This document shows, piece by piece, positions 13,853 to 26,762 of a DNA stretch of 64,000 bases. Source of the stretch: Chiloscyllium plagiosum (taxonomy: Eukaryota); the NCBI RefSeq assembly GCF_004010195.1, contig NC_057751.1, positions 5,667,299-5,731,298 of the forward strand. The letters are read 5' to 3'. The translations under genes were made by a program, and so were the position numbers. Positions within the stretch are counted from its first letter, which is position 1, and each line of letters begins with the position of its first letter. The notes beneath the pieces were generated by a model, which ran no database searches, was not told the origin of the DNA, and saw only the letters and a list, made by a program, of their open reading frames with translations.

Positions 13853-14639
13853 GATGGAAGCTGTTTGGGCTGGCATAAAAATACAATAAACTTGGCGGAA
13901 GACAACCCATGGAAATCATGAGGGACAAATGGGTTCCTCCTGTACCAGTGTCAGCCAAAATACGAATTGCAAGGAATACAAATCTGCTCATACTTAGTGA
14001 GGCCATTGTCAGGAAACATGGCCTGGGGAAATGGCAGGGCTTGTAATGCTAATGACTTATAATCACTTCTGAAACATTCTAAATGGCTCTGATAAATCAG
14101 CCACAATCACTATCAAAATACAGCTGGTTTGCAATTTTTGTCAATTTTGATAAACTGTTATTGAGTCAAATTATGAAACTGGATTCCAATTGCAAATTCA
14201 ATTTTGGAAGACAAAGAGACAGTCTTTGAATAAAATATCCCTTATCTATTCTTCATCATGCATCATGTTAAAGCCTATCACTGATCAAGACAGTATGCAG
14301 CTTGTTCACCATTCTGGTCATTGTTGCTCATGGGCTTGAGCTCAGAGAAGTTCATGCAGGGGGAGTTTTTCACCTTTGCTCTGGATCCACACAAACCAGC
14401 ATGACTTACAAGTCAAGCACACAGCCATGGAGTGAACAAGTCCGAACAGCTTGTCTCACAGCTGTTTTTAACATTGCAAAATACCAACTGACTGACAGGC
14501 AATTTGTAAGAGTTAACATAACCATGCATTTTTGATGACAAACATAATTTTGTTCAAGGAAAAAGATTCATGAACAGAAAATTCCTGTTGAAGACAGAAT
14601 ACACACTGTGCTATGAATCTCATTGCATGATTACAGAAA

Positions 14640-14990
14640 GGTGTCACCCTAAACTCATTGGGTCGTCTGGACTTTGAGTGATAAGGTGGTAGGTTCAAGT
14701 CCAAGTTGAGGGACATGAACATAAAAACTGGATTGACACAACAGGTGCAGTTACAGATTAATGTTTAACCTCTTCAGTGAAGATAATAGATCCAAATAAC
14801 TATTTCAAACAAGAGGAAGACGGTTTTCTGCAGTGTTCTGGACAATATTGACCACTCAGGTAACCATATTAAAACATATGATCTGATCATCATCACATGC
14901 TGCTTTGAGGGAACTTGCCAAATGCAAATTAGTTGCTGTACTTTTTAAAACTGTCCGTGCACTTGTAAAGGCTGAGATGTACATTGGAAA
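14640..14990 (+). mobile_element. Deu-domain SINE (SacSINE-like), decayed
   Basis: B-box-like GGTTCAAGTCC, then Deu-like ...GATCC...CTATTTCAAACAAGAG...GATCTGATCATCATCACATGCTGC. Confidence 0.6.
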
Positions 14991-15699
14991 GTTTTGAAAG
15001 GTTAAAAAGACGTTACATAAATTTAAGTACTTCCATTTCTCAAAAGGATCTGTTCACAATGTTCAACTCACCCCAAATTCAGCATTGTTATTTGCTAATT
15101 AAAATAAAACATGACTCACTGAGGAGGGAATATGCTTTCTAAGTACTTTACTAGAAGATGCTATTATTGAGATGTTTGGTGAGAATATGGTAAATCTGCT
15201 CCCCAGTCTTCCAAAACGGTCATATAACTGACACTACCATCACCACATCAACAAGGCACGAGACAGCTGGAAACCTACTGCAGCATTACTGATCCAGCAA
15301 TTCCAATGCCGTTAATACACACCAATTGTTAGTGATTTCCAAATTTCAGGATGACTGAGCAAGCAAACTAAACAGCTATCCAGTATTCAGTATCCCACTA
15401 ACACTGATGGAGCATTTTGAGATTATTGCTGAGATTGAGCAGTTTGTTGATTATCGGTGAGAAAAAGTAAAGTAGCTAATGTCCCAGCAGGGCTGCTCTC
15501 ACCTTGGAGAGAGAAATCTGGTGGTGGCTTAACTTGAGGGTCACCATGCCTCAGGCAAGGGGCAAGCTTGAGAAGGTGAGACTTTCATGGTGACCTCAAC
15601 CAGTGTGAGAATTGAAACTGTGCTGTTGGCTTCACATGCAACATTACGTTACTCTCAAAAGCTCAGCAGAAATATGACTGAGAACAAGAAATCTAATTA

Positions 15700-18000
15700 A
15701 TGCTGATAGTCAGTGAGCTGACTGCCACAATCAAGCAATCCTAATTGTGTTAATTATAGATCAATAGCTGCTATGTTATTTGTAATATTACTCTGATTAT
15801 TGGAATTGCTGCATTGCTTGCTGAGACCTGCAGTCAATGTATAAATGTGATCAAAAGTACAATCATATTACTCATAAACCTACAGCACATCCATAATTAC
15901 TCATTATTCTCCAGCAGTCATAACAATATTACTCTTGATATTACTTTACTCTTGATAAAATGATCAATTAATGAAGCAATTTTGGGACCATTTAGGAGAT
16001 GTCCAGTCCATTGGGATCATTGGGTCAGTAAACTTCAGATTGCTGTTTAATAACAGTGGGATTGTTTGATCAATAATAGTGTTGGGTTATAGGATCATTA
16101 ATATTGGAATTGCTGAATGAGTTCTGACATTTCTGGATCACTATTACTGGAATTGTAGCATCAGTAAAACTGAGATTTAAAATATTGTTTTGGGAATGCA
16201 GGATCAGTAATGTGGGAATCCAAGCTCAAAACTGGGATTTCAAGATCAGTAATATTGGGAAGGTAAATCAGCAGTTTCAGAAATATAGGGTCAGTGATAA
16301 CAGAAATGCAGGAAATGGGCATTGCTGGATCATCACGCTTAAAAGTGCAGAATCAGTAATATTAGAAGCGTTTGATCATTATTGAGAATGTATGACACAA
16401 TGTTGAGATAACAGTCTTGGAATTGGCACATCATTAATTTTGAAATTGCAGTGTCTGTATTGTTGAAATTACAAGATCACGAACATTAGCATTGCTGGAT
16501 CATTATCAAAATTGCACAATCAGTAATACTGGGAGTGCTTGCTCCGTCCTGAGAATGCAGGATACATAATATTGAGAGAACAGAGTTGGGATGGGCACAT
16601 CATTAATTTTGAAACTGCTGAATCAGTAACGTTGAGATGGCTTGATCAGTAATGCTGAAATTGCAAGATCTGCACTGTTGAAATTTCAGGATATATAAAA
16701 GTGGGATTGCTGGATCATTATTAGTGAAAATGCAGGATCAGTAACATTGAGACTGTTGAATATGTAGTAATAATGAGAATGTAGCTTTAGAAATATTAGG
16801 ATTGCAGGATCAGTAATCGCAGGATTACAGGATCAAGAATAGTGTGATTGCTGAATCATCAATAGTGGGATTGTAAAATCACTAACGGTAGGTAGGGTTA
16901 CAGGAGCAGCAATTGTGGTATTGCTGAGATCTCCAACAACAAAAATGCTGCATCATTAATGTTGAAATTCCAGGATCTGTAACAGTGAGATTCCAGGATC
17001 TGTAATAGTGGGATTGCAGGATCAGAAACACTGCTATTGTTGTTGATCTGTAATCTTGATATCGCTGGATCAATAAAGTGAGATTGCTGGATATGAAATA
17101 ATAGGAATGTAAGATAATGCATGTTATACTTGCATGATGACTAATTTTGAACTGATGGATAACTGATGCTGAAATTGCTGGATCTGCAAAGGTGGGATTG
17201 CAGAATCAGTAACAGTGGGAATACTGGATCACTCATGTTGAAATGGCAGCATCTATAATTATGGAATTGCTGGACCAGCAACAGTAGTATTGCAGGATCA
17301 GTAAAAGTGGGATAGCTGGATCACTGATGTTGAAGTGGCAGGATCCATAATATTAGGATTGCTGGACCCAGCAACAGCAGCATTTGCTGGATCAGCAAAG
17401 GTGAGATTGTCGGATCAGTAACAGTCGGAATGCTGGATCACTGGCGTTGAAATGGCAGGATCTATATTGTTGGGATTGCTGGACCAGCAACAGCAGCATT
17501 TGCTGGATTAATAAGTGGGAATGCTGGATCACGAATGTTGAAATGGCAGGATCTGTAATGTTGGGATGGCTGGACCAGCAGTAGGATTGCTGGATCAGTA
17601 AATGTGGGAACGGTGGATGTTGAAATGGCTGAACCAACAGGAGAATTGCTGGATCAGTAGGAGTGAGAATGGACGTTGAAATGGCTGGATCTGTAATATT
17701 GGGATGGCTGGCCCAGCACTGGGATTGCTGGAACAGTAAGAGTGGGAATGGACGTTGAAATGGCTGGATCTGTAATATTGGGTTTGCGGGAACAGTAAGA
17801 GTGGGAATGGACGTTGAAATGGCTGGATCTGTACCGTTGGGATGGGTGGCTGGACCCAGCATTGGGATTGCTGTATCAGTAATCTTGAAATCGCGGGATC
17901 GGCCAACACTGGGGAATGCTGGAATGGCAGGATCAGGAACATTGGGACGGCAGGACCTGAAACTGTGGGGATGAGTCGGGTTGGGATTGCAGTGTCAGTG
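15700..18000. repeat. Degenerate 23-bp minisatellite with ~4-monomer higher-order structure
   Basis: Recurring CTGGATCAGTAAnAGTGGGATTG-like monomers, clearest at 17170-17900 and fading toward 15700. Confidence 0.85.
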
Positions 18001-18070
18001 AGAATGGGATCGCGCGGGGGCCGGGTTGGAGGTGAAAAGGCAGGAATTTCCCCCCCACCCCCTCCTCAGA

Positions 18071-18096
18071 GTGTGTGTGTGTGTGTGTGTGTGTGT
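18071..18096. repeat. (GT)n microsatellite just inside AAK1 intron
   Basis: Perfect GT run. Confidence 0.95.
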
Positions 18097-18112
18097 CAGG
18101 GCCGCACCTCAC

Positions 18113-18314
18113 CTTCAGCCACCACCTCCTCCACAGTGACCTGCTGCCGGCCCACACTGAACACCCGGCCGATGAAGCCGCTGCCGGGGCACAAGCCGCC
18201 GCTCCCGCCGCTGCTGCCGCCGCCGCCGCCGCCTCCTCCTCCTCCGCCGCCGCCGCCGCCTCCTCCCGAACCCGAGCCCGCCGCCTCCCGCCGGGAGTCG
18301 AAGAATTTCTTCAT
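18113..18314 (-). CDS. AAK1: AP2-associated protein kinase 1, first coding exon (67 codons + 1 nt, phase-1 intron)
   Basis: Translates [16 protein letters not shown](G17)[35 protein letters not shown], matching the AAK1 N-terminus ([10 protein letters not shown]...[23 protein letters not shown]) rather than BMP2K. It ends at a canonical G|GTGAG donor inside the kinase Gly-rich loop. I found no further AAK1 exon in 1-18112. Confidence 0.95.
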
Positions 18315-18944
18315 CACTCGGCGGTCACTCTCCGCTTTTTCTTCTCTCGCCCGCCACGAACCCGCGCGGCCGGGCAAAACAAAATAACGCCGGTTGTGTG
18401 TGGTGTAAGATATATAGATATATATATACTTCTTTAAAAGAAAATTATCGGGAACGAAATGATAATCGATCGAGTGTTAAAAGCAGGCCTGTCTCGCGCC
18501 GCCGAGCCGGGCCCAGCCGGGACGGTTATGGGGATGGGGTTGTTTGGGATGGATGGATGGGGGGTGGGAAGGAAGGGAAGAGACGGGGGAGGGAATAACG
18601 GGGCGGACCTAAACCGGCGCTCGCTCGCTCTCTCTCTCTCGCCAGTCAAATCCCGACACGAAGGCCGGACCGAAATAAGGTGGACACAACGCGACTGATG
18701 CGCGTGTTCCCCTCCGCACGCATTGGTGAGAAGTCCGAAGAAAGGACGCAAAGCGCGTTTGTTTTGTGACGTCGGGGGAAAAGACAAGACACGGACGGAA
18801 TCCTGTCAAACTATTTTTTTTTGCCATGGATGGGGGAGGTCTGCGGGCGCGTGTGGGACGAACGGTGGTCATGACAAACAAGAGGCATGACGGGGATTGT
18901 CGTTCATAAAGGGAGGGTCGGGCGAGCTGGAGGCTGGCGGGTGG

Positions 18945-19023
18945 ACTACAGATCCCAGAGAGCGTCACGGCACGCGCGACGTCCGGTTTCCAGCGCGGGG
19001 ACTTCAATTCCCGGCGTGCATTG
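18945..19023 (+). promoter_or_regulatory. Tandem ZNF143/THAP11-type ACTACAnnTCCCA motifs
   Basis: ACTACAGATCCCAGAGAGCG (18945-18964) and ACTTCAATTCCCGGCGTGCATTG (19001-19023). Confidence 0.6.
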
Positions 19024-20882
19024 CCGGTTGTCCGTTGCCGGGCGTCGACGGTTTTTTTTCCCCTCAGCGGCAGGTCAGAGTTAGCAGTTGTTAAAATTAT
19101 AAACGTAAGAAATTGAATTTGGATGCCCTACATCTGCCTTGCGTGTGCACGCGGGTTTGGCGTGTTCAATGACTCAGTTGGAAAACTCAAGTGGGTGGTT
19201 AATCGATATAAAAATAACACGGCTGTTGGAGTGACGGGGATAGAAGCCGTTCATTTGGAAGAGCGCTTCTTGCACAGCGGATAAATAAATAAATAAAAAT
19301 ATGCATCTGGGTTTTGTGAAGTCATGGGGGGGGGTGGGGGAAGAGTTGACTTATTCAACTGAGCCAAAAAAGTATACGGGTGATGGGGAGAGAACGTGTT
19401 CACTTGTGTTTAAAGAGCAAAAGCAGTTTTTAAATGTAATTTAAACCAAAATGGGCTTTGCGTCGGAAGAAAATGATTTACACGTGAGGTGTTGATTTAA
19501 AAATAGTACGGGTGCCTCTGTCAAATGGATAGAAGTTCAGTGGTGCGACCGAACACCCCCCTGAGGACAAGTGAATCGAAGAGAACAATCTTCAGAGTGC
19601 TCAGCAGTCGAGCCCGATTGCCTTGCGTGTGGGATTGGATTCCCCAAAGCTCGCAGGGTCCGTTCGGGCCGAAGGGGCTGGGTGACCGTTTACTTGAGTG
19701 AACTCGTGGTATCTGCTGGCCGAGCTTGGTTGGTTATTGCAGGACGCATGGGCCATGCAAACCTGGCACCTTTCGTCCACTCAAATGCCCCTCCACTTGC
19801 CCTGTCCACGAACGAGAGCCAGAAGATTTCTCGACGCAAATGCGAGAGTTGCACCACAGTCACGGGAATCGCAGAGGTGACATGTCCCAGATGGACGGCA
19901 TTATGTCCGAGCAACACAATCCAATACCAAACTTTCCTTTAACCAAAAAACCCAAACACTTTGTTTCTAGTTTTTAATTAGTTGTGTTCGGAGGTTTTAA
20001 TACACATCTGGAGCAGCTGGGACATGAACCCTGGCCACCTTGCCTGAGGTAGGGACACTACCACTTAGCAACAAGAACACTGTTGTTGCTCTTTATTGAT
20101 ACCAGTGCCCTCTTAAATATCTCCATCGATGCAGCACACCGCAGAGCCTAACTTCACTAAGTGCAAAAGGTTGTCTCTGTTTGACCCTTGTTTCTTTTAA
20201 CAGATTGACCTACATTAAAAGCAATCTGTTATTTAAAGATAAAAAACACAAAGTTTCAGTAGAATGGAAATGTACAGGAATGGTCACTGTAGGATGTCAG
20301 TCTTGCTGAAAAGAGCGATGTGGCTCGCACTTTTCATCTTGCATTCATCAGGACAAACGCAAGAAAACCAGAGCTCAGTCACAACACTTGATACTGCAGG
20401 CAGAAAAGGTACTTCTTGGTTGATAAGTTGACTCTGATCATTTTGGGCTATTTCTGAAGAGAAAGTTGTGAGCTGCAGGTTCTTCAGACTCCCAGCAAAT
20501 TGAGAAAAAAGTGCCATCAGCTTCAACATTGTCCTTTACATTGCAGGGACTAAGCAGCTGTGCATGAATGGTAAACACTTCTAGCAAACATCACTAAGCC
20601 AGTCATGAGTGAATCGTTTGCACGTGCTGCTGTTTCTGCAGCTAACGTCATGTTCTTTGTGCAATGTGGAAGACAAGTAGTAGTAGATCAACCCACACAG
20701 GCAAAACTTAAACAGTGCTTCCACTGACCTAAATGATTTCCCACTTTGAGAAAGCTTGCTGGACAGTCTGGAGCACTCCATATTTGCACATTGACAAACT
20801 TGAAAGTAAAAAGTTAACCATGCCATGAAAGGAGGGCCAGACATTAATGATTCCAGCTTAGATTGGAGTTTCATAGATTGGA

Positions 20883-20902
20883 AGAGAGAGAGAGAGAGAG
20901 AG
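20883..20902. repeat. (AG)n microsatellite
   Basis: Perfect AG run. Confidence 0.9.
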
Positions 20903-21229
20903 AATTAGTGGTTTAGAGTGGGAATTTTATCGCTTGAAGCCTCAAGCTGGTGCCGTACTGTTGTGATGCCTGATGACGATAATATTGGACAAGTTCAATC
21001 CTGGGTGAAACCTTGTTTGATTAGTCATAACTTGCGTTTCTACCTTTGGTTACTGTGATAGTTATTCGCTAAACAGATTTGCATGAGGTTGCCAATGTTC
21101 TTTGACTGGCAAGATTATATCTAGAGTACTGTTCACAACAATATTGATCACTTTATTTCAGGAAGAATACTAAAACATTAGAGACAATTCAGAGAAGGTT
21201 TACCACTACTTCAGAGAATAAGAAGGTTG

Positions 21230-21950
21230 TCTTGCAGTACAGAAACAGGCCCTTCAGTCCACCATGTTTATGCTGACCCTCAAATACCAACCTATGTTAA
21301 TCCGATGTAACTGCACTTTGTTTACAGTCTACTACACCCTGACATTTTAAGTGTGTTCAAATGCACCTTTATATTCTTGACATGCCAAGCAACATCCTGA
21401 TGAATCACTTCTGCATGCTGTTCATTGCAATCACTTTCCTTCCAATAGCATGGTGACGAGAGCTGCGCACAGTATTCCATATTCCATCTGGAGCCTAACC
21501 AGTACAGGTGTCACCCCACCATATCTGCGGTTCATATGTTCCAAGACCTACCACGGATGTCTGAAATTGTGGGTAACAGCGAACTCTATTATTTAAGTGG
21601 GAAACTGAACTCCTTGGCAGCCCCCTGGAATTATTTTTGGAATGCTCCATGTTATCTTTTTGGGCCACAGTAAACCGTGGATAACTGAAACCATGGAAAC
21701 CGACTCCGCAGATTTGGGGGTTCTATTGTATTCTACAAAGTTGCAAAAAGATTTCTCTGTTCCTGTATTCTACACCCTGGCAAAAGAAGGCAAGCATCTG
21801 TGCTGGGACTTCCAGTATCAAGAGACTTGTACACCAGTGTTCATTGGGCAGTAGTCCCTAGAAACTGACCATTGATTGTGAAAATCCTTCCCATTTTAGA
21901 CCTCGCAAAATGCATTGCCTCGTACATCACATTAAATTCTATCTGTCCTT
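21230..21950 (-). mobile_element. Old CR1 3' fragment interrupted by a MITE
   Basis: CR1 3'-tail motif CAGAAACAGGCCCTTCAGTCC plus decayed RT C-terminal sequence on both sides of the MITE. Confidence 0.6.
21505..21728. mobile_element. Tigger/MER2-like (Tc1-mariner/pogo) MITE
   Basis: TA flanks on both sides, imperfect terminal inverted repeats (CAGGTGTCACCCC / GGGGGTTCTATTG), and internal CCACGGAT...CCGTGGATAACTGAAACC. Confidence 0.65.
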
Positions 21951-22559
21951 GTGGAATTGTGGGGAAAAGTTAAGATGGGAAAATTGGCCAACTCTCAGGT
22001 TATAAAGCAATATGTTTGAAGGGACTGTGATAAAAAGTCAGAAACAGTAAACATGACACAGGCTGAATGTACACAAATGCTTTCACCTTGGCAAACTTTC
22101 ACTTTCTCTGATGGTTCTTTGTATATTCTGAAATGTCGGTTTAAGCCGAAACAAAACGCTCATTGCCAAAACATGATTATGGAATGAAGTGTATAACTCG
22201 ATGTTTTGGAAAGTCAAATAGGCAACACACATCAAAGTTCAAGTTTACTAGTATAATGATTGACAAACACCTAATGATTTCTGTCAGTTGTCAATATATC
22301 TTAAGTATAAAAGTCCTATCGTTTTCTCTGTAAAAGTGCAGAAACTTGGAACGAGAAAACAACTTGTATCTCCTCTCAAATTTTTAGTCAAGCAGCATGG
22401 AGTATTTTTAATAAAAGCTGTATATTTTCAGTTCAAAGCTGTTTCAATTTTTCTCAAGTTTGTTCATTTAGCTTTCACAGATCCCTGCTAATTTAAATCC
22501 AATTCACACCATGGCTTTGCTGAATTTCCCAGTTGATGGATATGAGACTCTAGTCTGAT

Positions 22560-25540
22560 ATTTCATTTCATCTAAATGATAACTTGGATGTGAATGTATA
22601 AGTTATGAATGTAAATAACAACAACAGGGTCCCAGCACCGATGCTTGTGGTACACCGCTTGACACAGGTTTCCTCTCGTGGAAACCAGTCTCCACTGATA
22701 CACATTTTTCCTATTTAGAAGCTAATTTTAAATCCACTGTACAAACTTCTCTTGGATCCTATGGGCTCTTACCTCTTGGACCAGCTTTCCATGTGGAACC
22801 TTGTCAAAGGACTTGCTGAAAACCTTGTACAGCACATCAGCTGGACTGCCCTCATCAAAATATTTTGTCACCATTTAAAAAAGCTCAATTAAATTGAACT
22901 CCCTACCTTTCCAAATGTTGATTACTCCTGTCCTTCGGATGTTTTTCCCAATAATTGCCCTACCCTTGATGTCAGGCTAACTTGTCTGTAATTACCTAAT
23001 CTATCCCTGTAGCCCTTGAACAAAGGAAGCATATTAGCTAACCTGCAGTCATGTGGCACTTCATCTGTGGCCAGTGCAGTATTAAATATCTCTACCAGCA
23101 ATGTCCTCCCTTGCCCCCTGTAGCTGCCTGAGTTAGATCTGATCAGGATCTGGGAATTGACCTACTTTTATGCTCACTGAAACATTTAATACCTCTTTAT
23201 TACTAATTTTAAGTCGCTCTGGAATTGCACCACCCGAATTGAAATCTCCAACAATAATGTCTTCTTTGTGAACACACAACTCCCTGACCTCACTCTCATC
23301 TTCTGGCTCCACACACGGGTTGCCTCTTTTGTTTCTTACAGTCCATTCTATTTCTCTGGTAATTCTCTTACTCTGAATATACTTATACATTGCCTTGGGT
23401 TTTTTTCTTAATTCTATCCACCAAAGATATTTTGTGATCCCTTTTTGCACTCCACCCCCCCCCCCCCCACCCCCCCATTTTTTTATCACCACCCCTCCAC
23501 ACTTTCTGTTCTTGAAGGTCCTCCATTGTTTTTAATGCTGTATATGTAACATGTGCTTCCGTCTTACTCCTTATCAAGCTTTTAATATCCTTTTGACATC
23601 CAGGTTTTCCTGGTCTTGCTGCCTGAGCCCTTTACTCTTAGAGAAACGCACTTGTCTGAACACACTCAATACTACTTTTAAAGGTCTCCCACTTGAGCTG
23701 ATGCTGCTCCTTCGCAGGTTTTGTTTTTCAGGAGGTCGTAAAAACACAGGTTCTGAAAAGTCTAGGCTTAGATGGGTTTTCAGGCCAGTTTGTTGATAAA
23801 TAACAGATACTGCCTCAGGCAAAAGGCTTTTACAGTGACAGTGGCCAGGTCTCCCAGTTCAGCATTCATCTGGTTTGATTTCATTTTGGCAGTCTGGCTA
23901 TTTACTAAAGCAGTCAGTAGTGTTGAGAAGCTGCTAGACACAAGAGAAGCAGGTTCATGTTGACCCTATCTCTCTCAAGCTTTTCTCCTGTTAGACCCTG
24001 TGTTTGATGTTACCTTTTGTACCAAAGGGTGTTTATGGGGATTGTTGCAAGTATTTGGAACACCATCATTAGGTTGGGATAATGTGTTGGGTTTTCAGAT
24101 AGGTTAAGTTATTCGGTTCGCTTTTGTTTGTGTTTCATTTGGTAATCTTGTAAATAATTTTTTTTGTTTAAAACTAAGTGGTTTGATCAGCAGCATCTCT
24201 CCTAGAATATCCACTTTACATCTGCTCAAAACAATTAGCAAAGTTAGGGACTGGGCTACTTTCTTGAAATGTTTTGAGGGGGTTTGGCCTGGTCCAGAAC
24301 AGACTTTCCAAATATAGTCCTACCTACAATGAGCTCCTCCCAGTCTATATTTGCCAGAACCTGTCTCATAATATTTAAATTGGCCTTCCACAATTTCCAC
24401 AATAAATTTCTGCACTATCCATATCCCTTTCTCTGATGATTTTGAAACTTTGAGTTACAGTCACTATCCCCAAAACATTTACGCACCCACATTCCAAACA
24501 CTTGACCAGGATTTTTTCTAGCACTGCCTATCTTAAGTCAGGCTATCTAAATACTGGACCCACTTTAAAAATTTCATTTCATTCTGTCATGCTAGGCAAT
24601 CCCTTTTTAATGTTAACCAAGGTGAAATCCCCTATTCCTGGAACCCAATTTCTCTGAAACTTAACTGCCATTTGGCTGCATATCTGCTCCTCTTTGTTCC
24701 TCTGACTGTTCAGAGGCTTGTAGCATAATCCCAGCAAAGTGATTGCCCCTTATTTACTTATAAGGTCCAGCCAGAAGACTCATTTGAAAAGACGCTACTA
24801 AGATGTCTTCCCTTATCTTTATCAATAATGTAATGCCCCCAACTCGCCTGAAACTTGTCTACCCTGGAATGTTGAGCTGCCAGTTCTGTCCTTTCTTCAA
24901 CCTTGTCTGCGTGATTGCAACAATATCAAATTCCCACATGCTGATCAATGCTCCAAGTTCACAGACATTACCAGTCAAGCACCTTACATTAAAATATATA
25001 GAATTTAGCTGTTAGTCCTCACCCAGTCTTATTTGTCTGCTGGACTGTGCTACTGTTCCTTTGAAATCTGAATACACCTTACTCCCAACTCTACATCTAC
25101 TCTGTGTCCACCCCTCTGCTAAATTATTTTAAATCTCCCCAAAAGCACAAGAAAACTTCACAGCAAGAATATTAAGCCCACACTGGTTCGGGAATAAATT
25201 GTCCAGCTTGTACAGGTCTCACCTACTCCATAAACTGTCCCAATCCAAAAATCTAAACCCTCCCTCTGTATCATCCCTTCAGCTATGCATTCAACCAACT
25301 TCTCTTCTTGTCCTAAACCCAGTAGCATATGGCACTGGAAGTAATTTGGAGATTACAACCTCAGTGATCCTCCTCTTTAATCTGCCACTGAAATCTTGCA
25401 ATTCCTGTTGCAGAACCTCATTTCTCTTTTCACCCTTGTTAACACTGACATATGCCACTTCTGGGTCTTCACTTTCCCCCTTCAGAATGCTAAGCAATCT
25501 CTCTCAGACATCCCTGACCGTGGCACCAGGGAGCTGAAAT
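22560..25540 (-). mobile_element. Decayed long CR1 LINE (ORF1 esterase remnant, APE, RT)
   Basis: ORF 23133-23492 resembles the CR1 linker (KAMYKYIQSKRITRE). ORF 25291-25497 resembles the SGNH-esterase ORF1 (EVLQQELQDFSGRLKRRITEVVISKLLPVP). Confidence 0.75.
23720..24301. mobile_element. LTR-like insertion nested in the CR1
   Basis: Non-CR1 sequence ending ...GGTCCAGAACA, after which CR1 sequence resumes (GACTTTCCAAAT...). Boundaries approximate. Confidence 0.4.
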
Positions 25541-26762
25541 TTCATTTGAGAATTGCGTTTTCAGCCACAGAATTGCCTGTCAGTTCTTATGAGAAAATTG
25601 TAGAGGTTGTAACTTATTTTATTTTCTGTATTTCTGAATGTGTACAAACCAGATTTGTCCTTTGTCACTTCAGGTAATAATTCAGAGATTATTACTGTTG
25701 TACCTGTACTTCTTTAATGTGGTGTCCAGCTCCTAATGTCATGACCATTTATTATGAACCCAGATTACCTGTGAACCTATCAAATTTTAATTTCAGCATG
25801 TATTTTCAAGAAAAAGAACAATAGTCAAGATAACTACAGATATAAATTCAGCCACTGGAGAGAAATTCTTCAAAGTCACACCAGTATGGAGTCACAGAAT
25901 CCACAAATTGAAAACCTAATAAGTAAGAGAAAATAAGAGGCTGACCACCAAACCCCATCTTGGCAAGAGGTCTTCTGCAGACATAATTGCGTTTTACCCT
26001 TTCAGGGATATGTTTTTAAAAAATTTAGAAGTTGGATTCAACCCTGGTCTGCATGTAAACACCTGGTGCCCTTGTCTGTGGAATAAGGGCACGTATTGAG
26101 AAAGTCATCAAAAGACCCCTGCAATGCAGGTAAAGCCAGGGACAAGGCTCTTAAACAGTATGAATCCTCTCAGTCAGCCACTACTGAAAGGAGTTTGGAT
26201 AGGGAGTTCCTTTCAACCTACAAAGCCAAGAAGCTCAAAGTCAACTGTTTGGCTGTCAAGTGTAGCCTTCACCTCAACAGCTGCATTGTTCAACTTTTCA
26301 CTCTTCACAAACAGTTCGAAGAGCATTCCTCTGAGTGTATGTATGTTGCATTTTTACTTTTTCTGGAACTATTAGACTCTTTTTGTTTATTAAGGAAAAT
26401 CTCATTAAATTAGCTACTTGTAAAGGATATTCACAGGGGAGGGGATTCTCTGAAAAGTAACCTTATTTTGACCAAGGAAGTCAGTGTGCAGTGTGGTGGT
26501 GTTTTGATTTGCAGCTGTGGAAGCTGCAACCACACCAATTTCAGAGGCCTGCACAGAATAGCAAAAATTACATGATCAACCAAGGGGATTGAGGAGAAGA
26601 AGAGAAGCCAATTCATTGCACCTCACCTGAGAGTCTGACAATTTAGCTTATCCTATCTGGAACCATAATATGTTGGAAACCTAACCTGATTCTGGTCTTA
26701 ACAATCATGGTTGTGCCGAATCTCCTCCTTTGTGCTCTCTTGGTCATTGATTCCAACAAAGA

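Larger units (their letters stand above)
18000..19150 (-). promoter_or_regulatory. CpG island / AAK1 promoter and 5' UTR
   Basis: Sharply CpG-rich compared with the flanks. Contains a GC box (~18600), CCAAT on minus (~18722), near-CRE TGACGTCG (18767-18774) and two ACTACA/SBS-like motifs (18945, 19001). Confidence 0.8.

Noticed and set aside
15700..18000. CRISPR-like array or repetitive protein ORFs (17392-17862, 17595-17942)
   Set aside because: Monomers are contiguous and degenerate with no unique spacers, the context is eukaryotic, and the 23-bp period is not a multiple of 3. The ORFs are by-products of the repeat.
1..18112. AAK1 second coding exon (GFAIVFLVRT...CALKRM)
   Set aside because: Not found by eye or in the ORF track. 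It is probably beyond the left edge, though a short exon could have been missed.
18113..18314. BMP2K instead of AAK1
   Set aside because: The N-terminus [10 protein letters not shown] is the AAK1 signature; BMP2K begins MKKFSRMPKSE.
17842..18437. Plus-strand poly-Pro and poly-Ala ORFs
   Set aside because: Antisense shadows of the AAK1 poly-Gly exon in GC-rich DNA.
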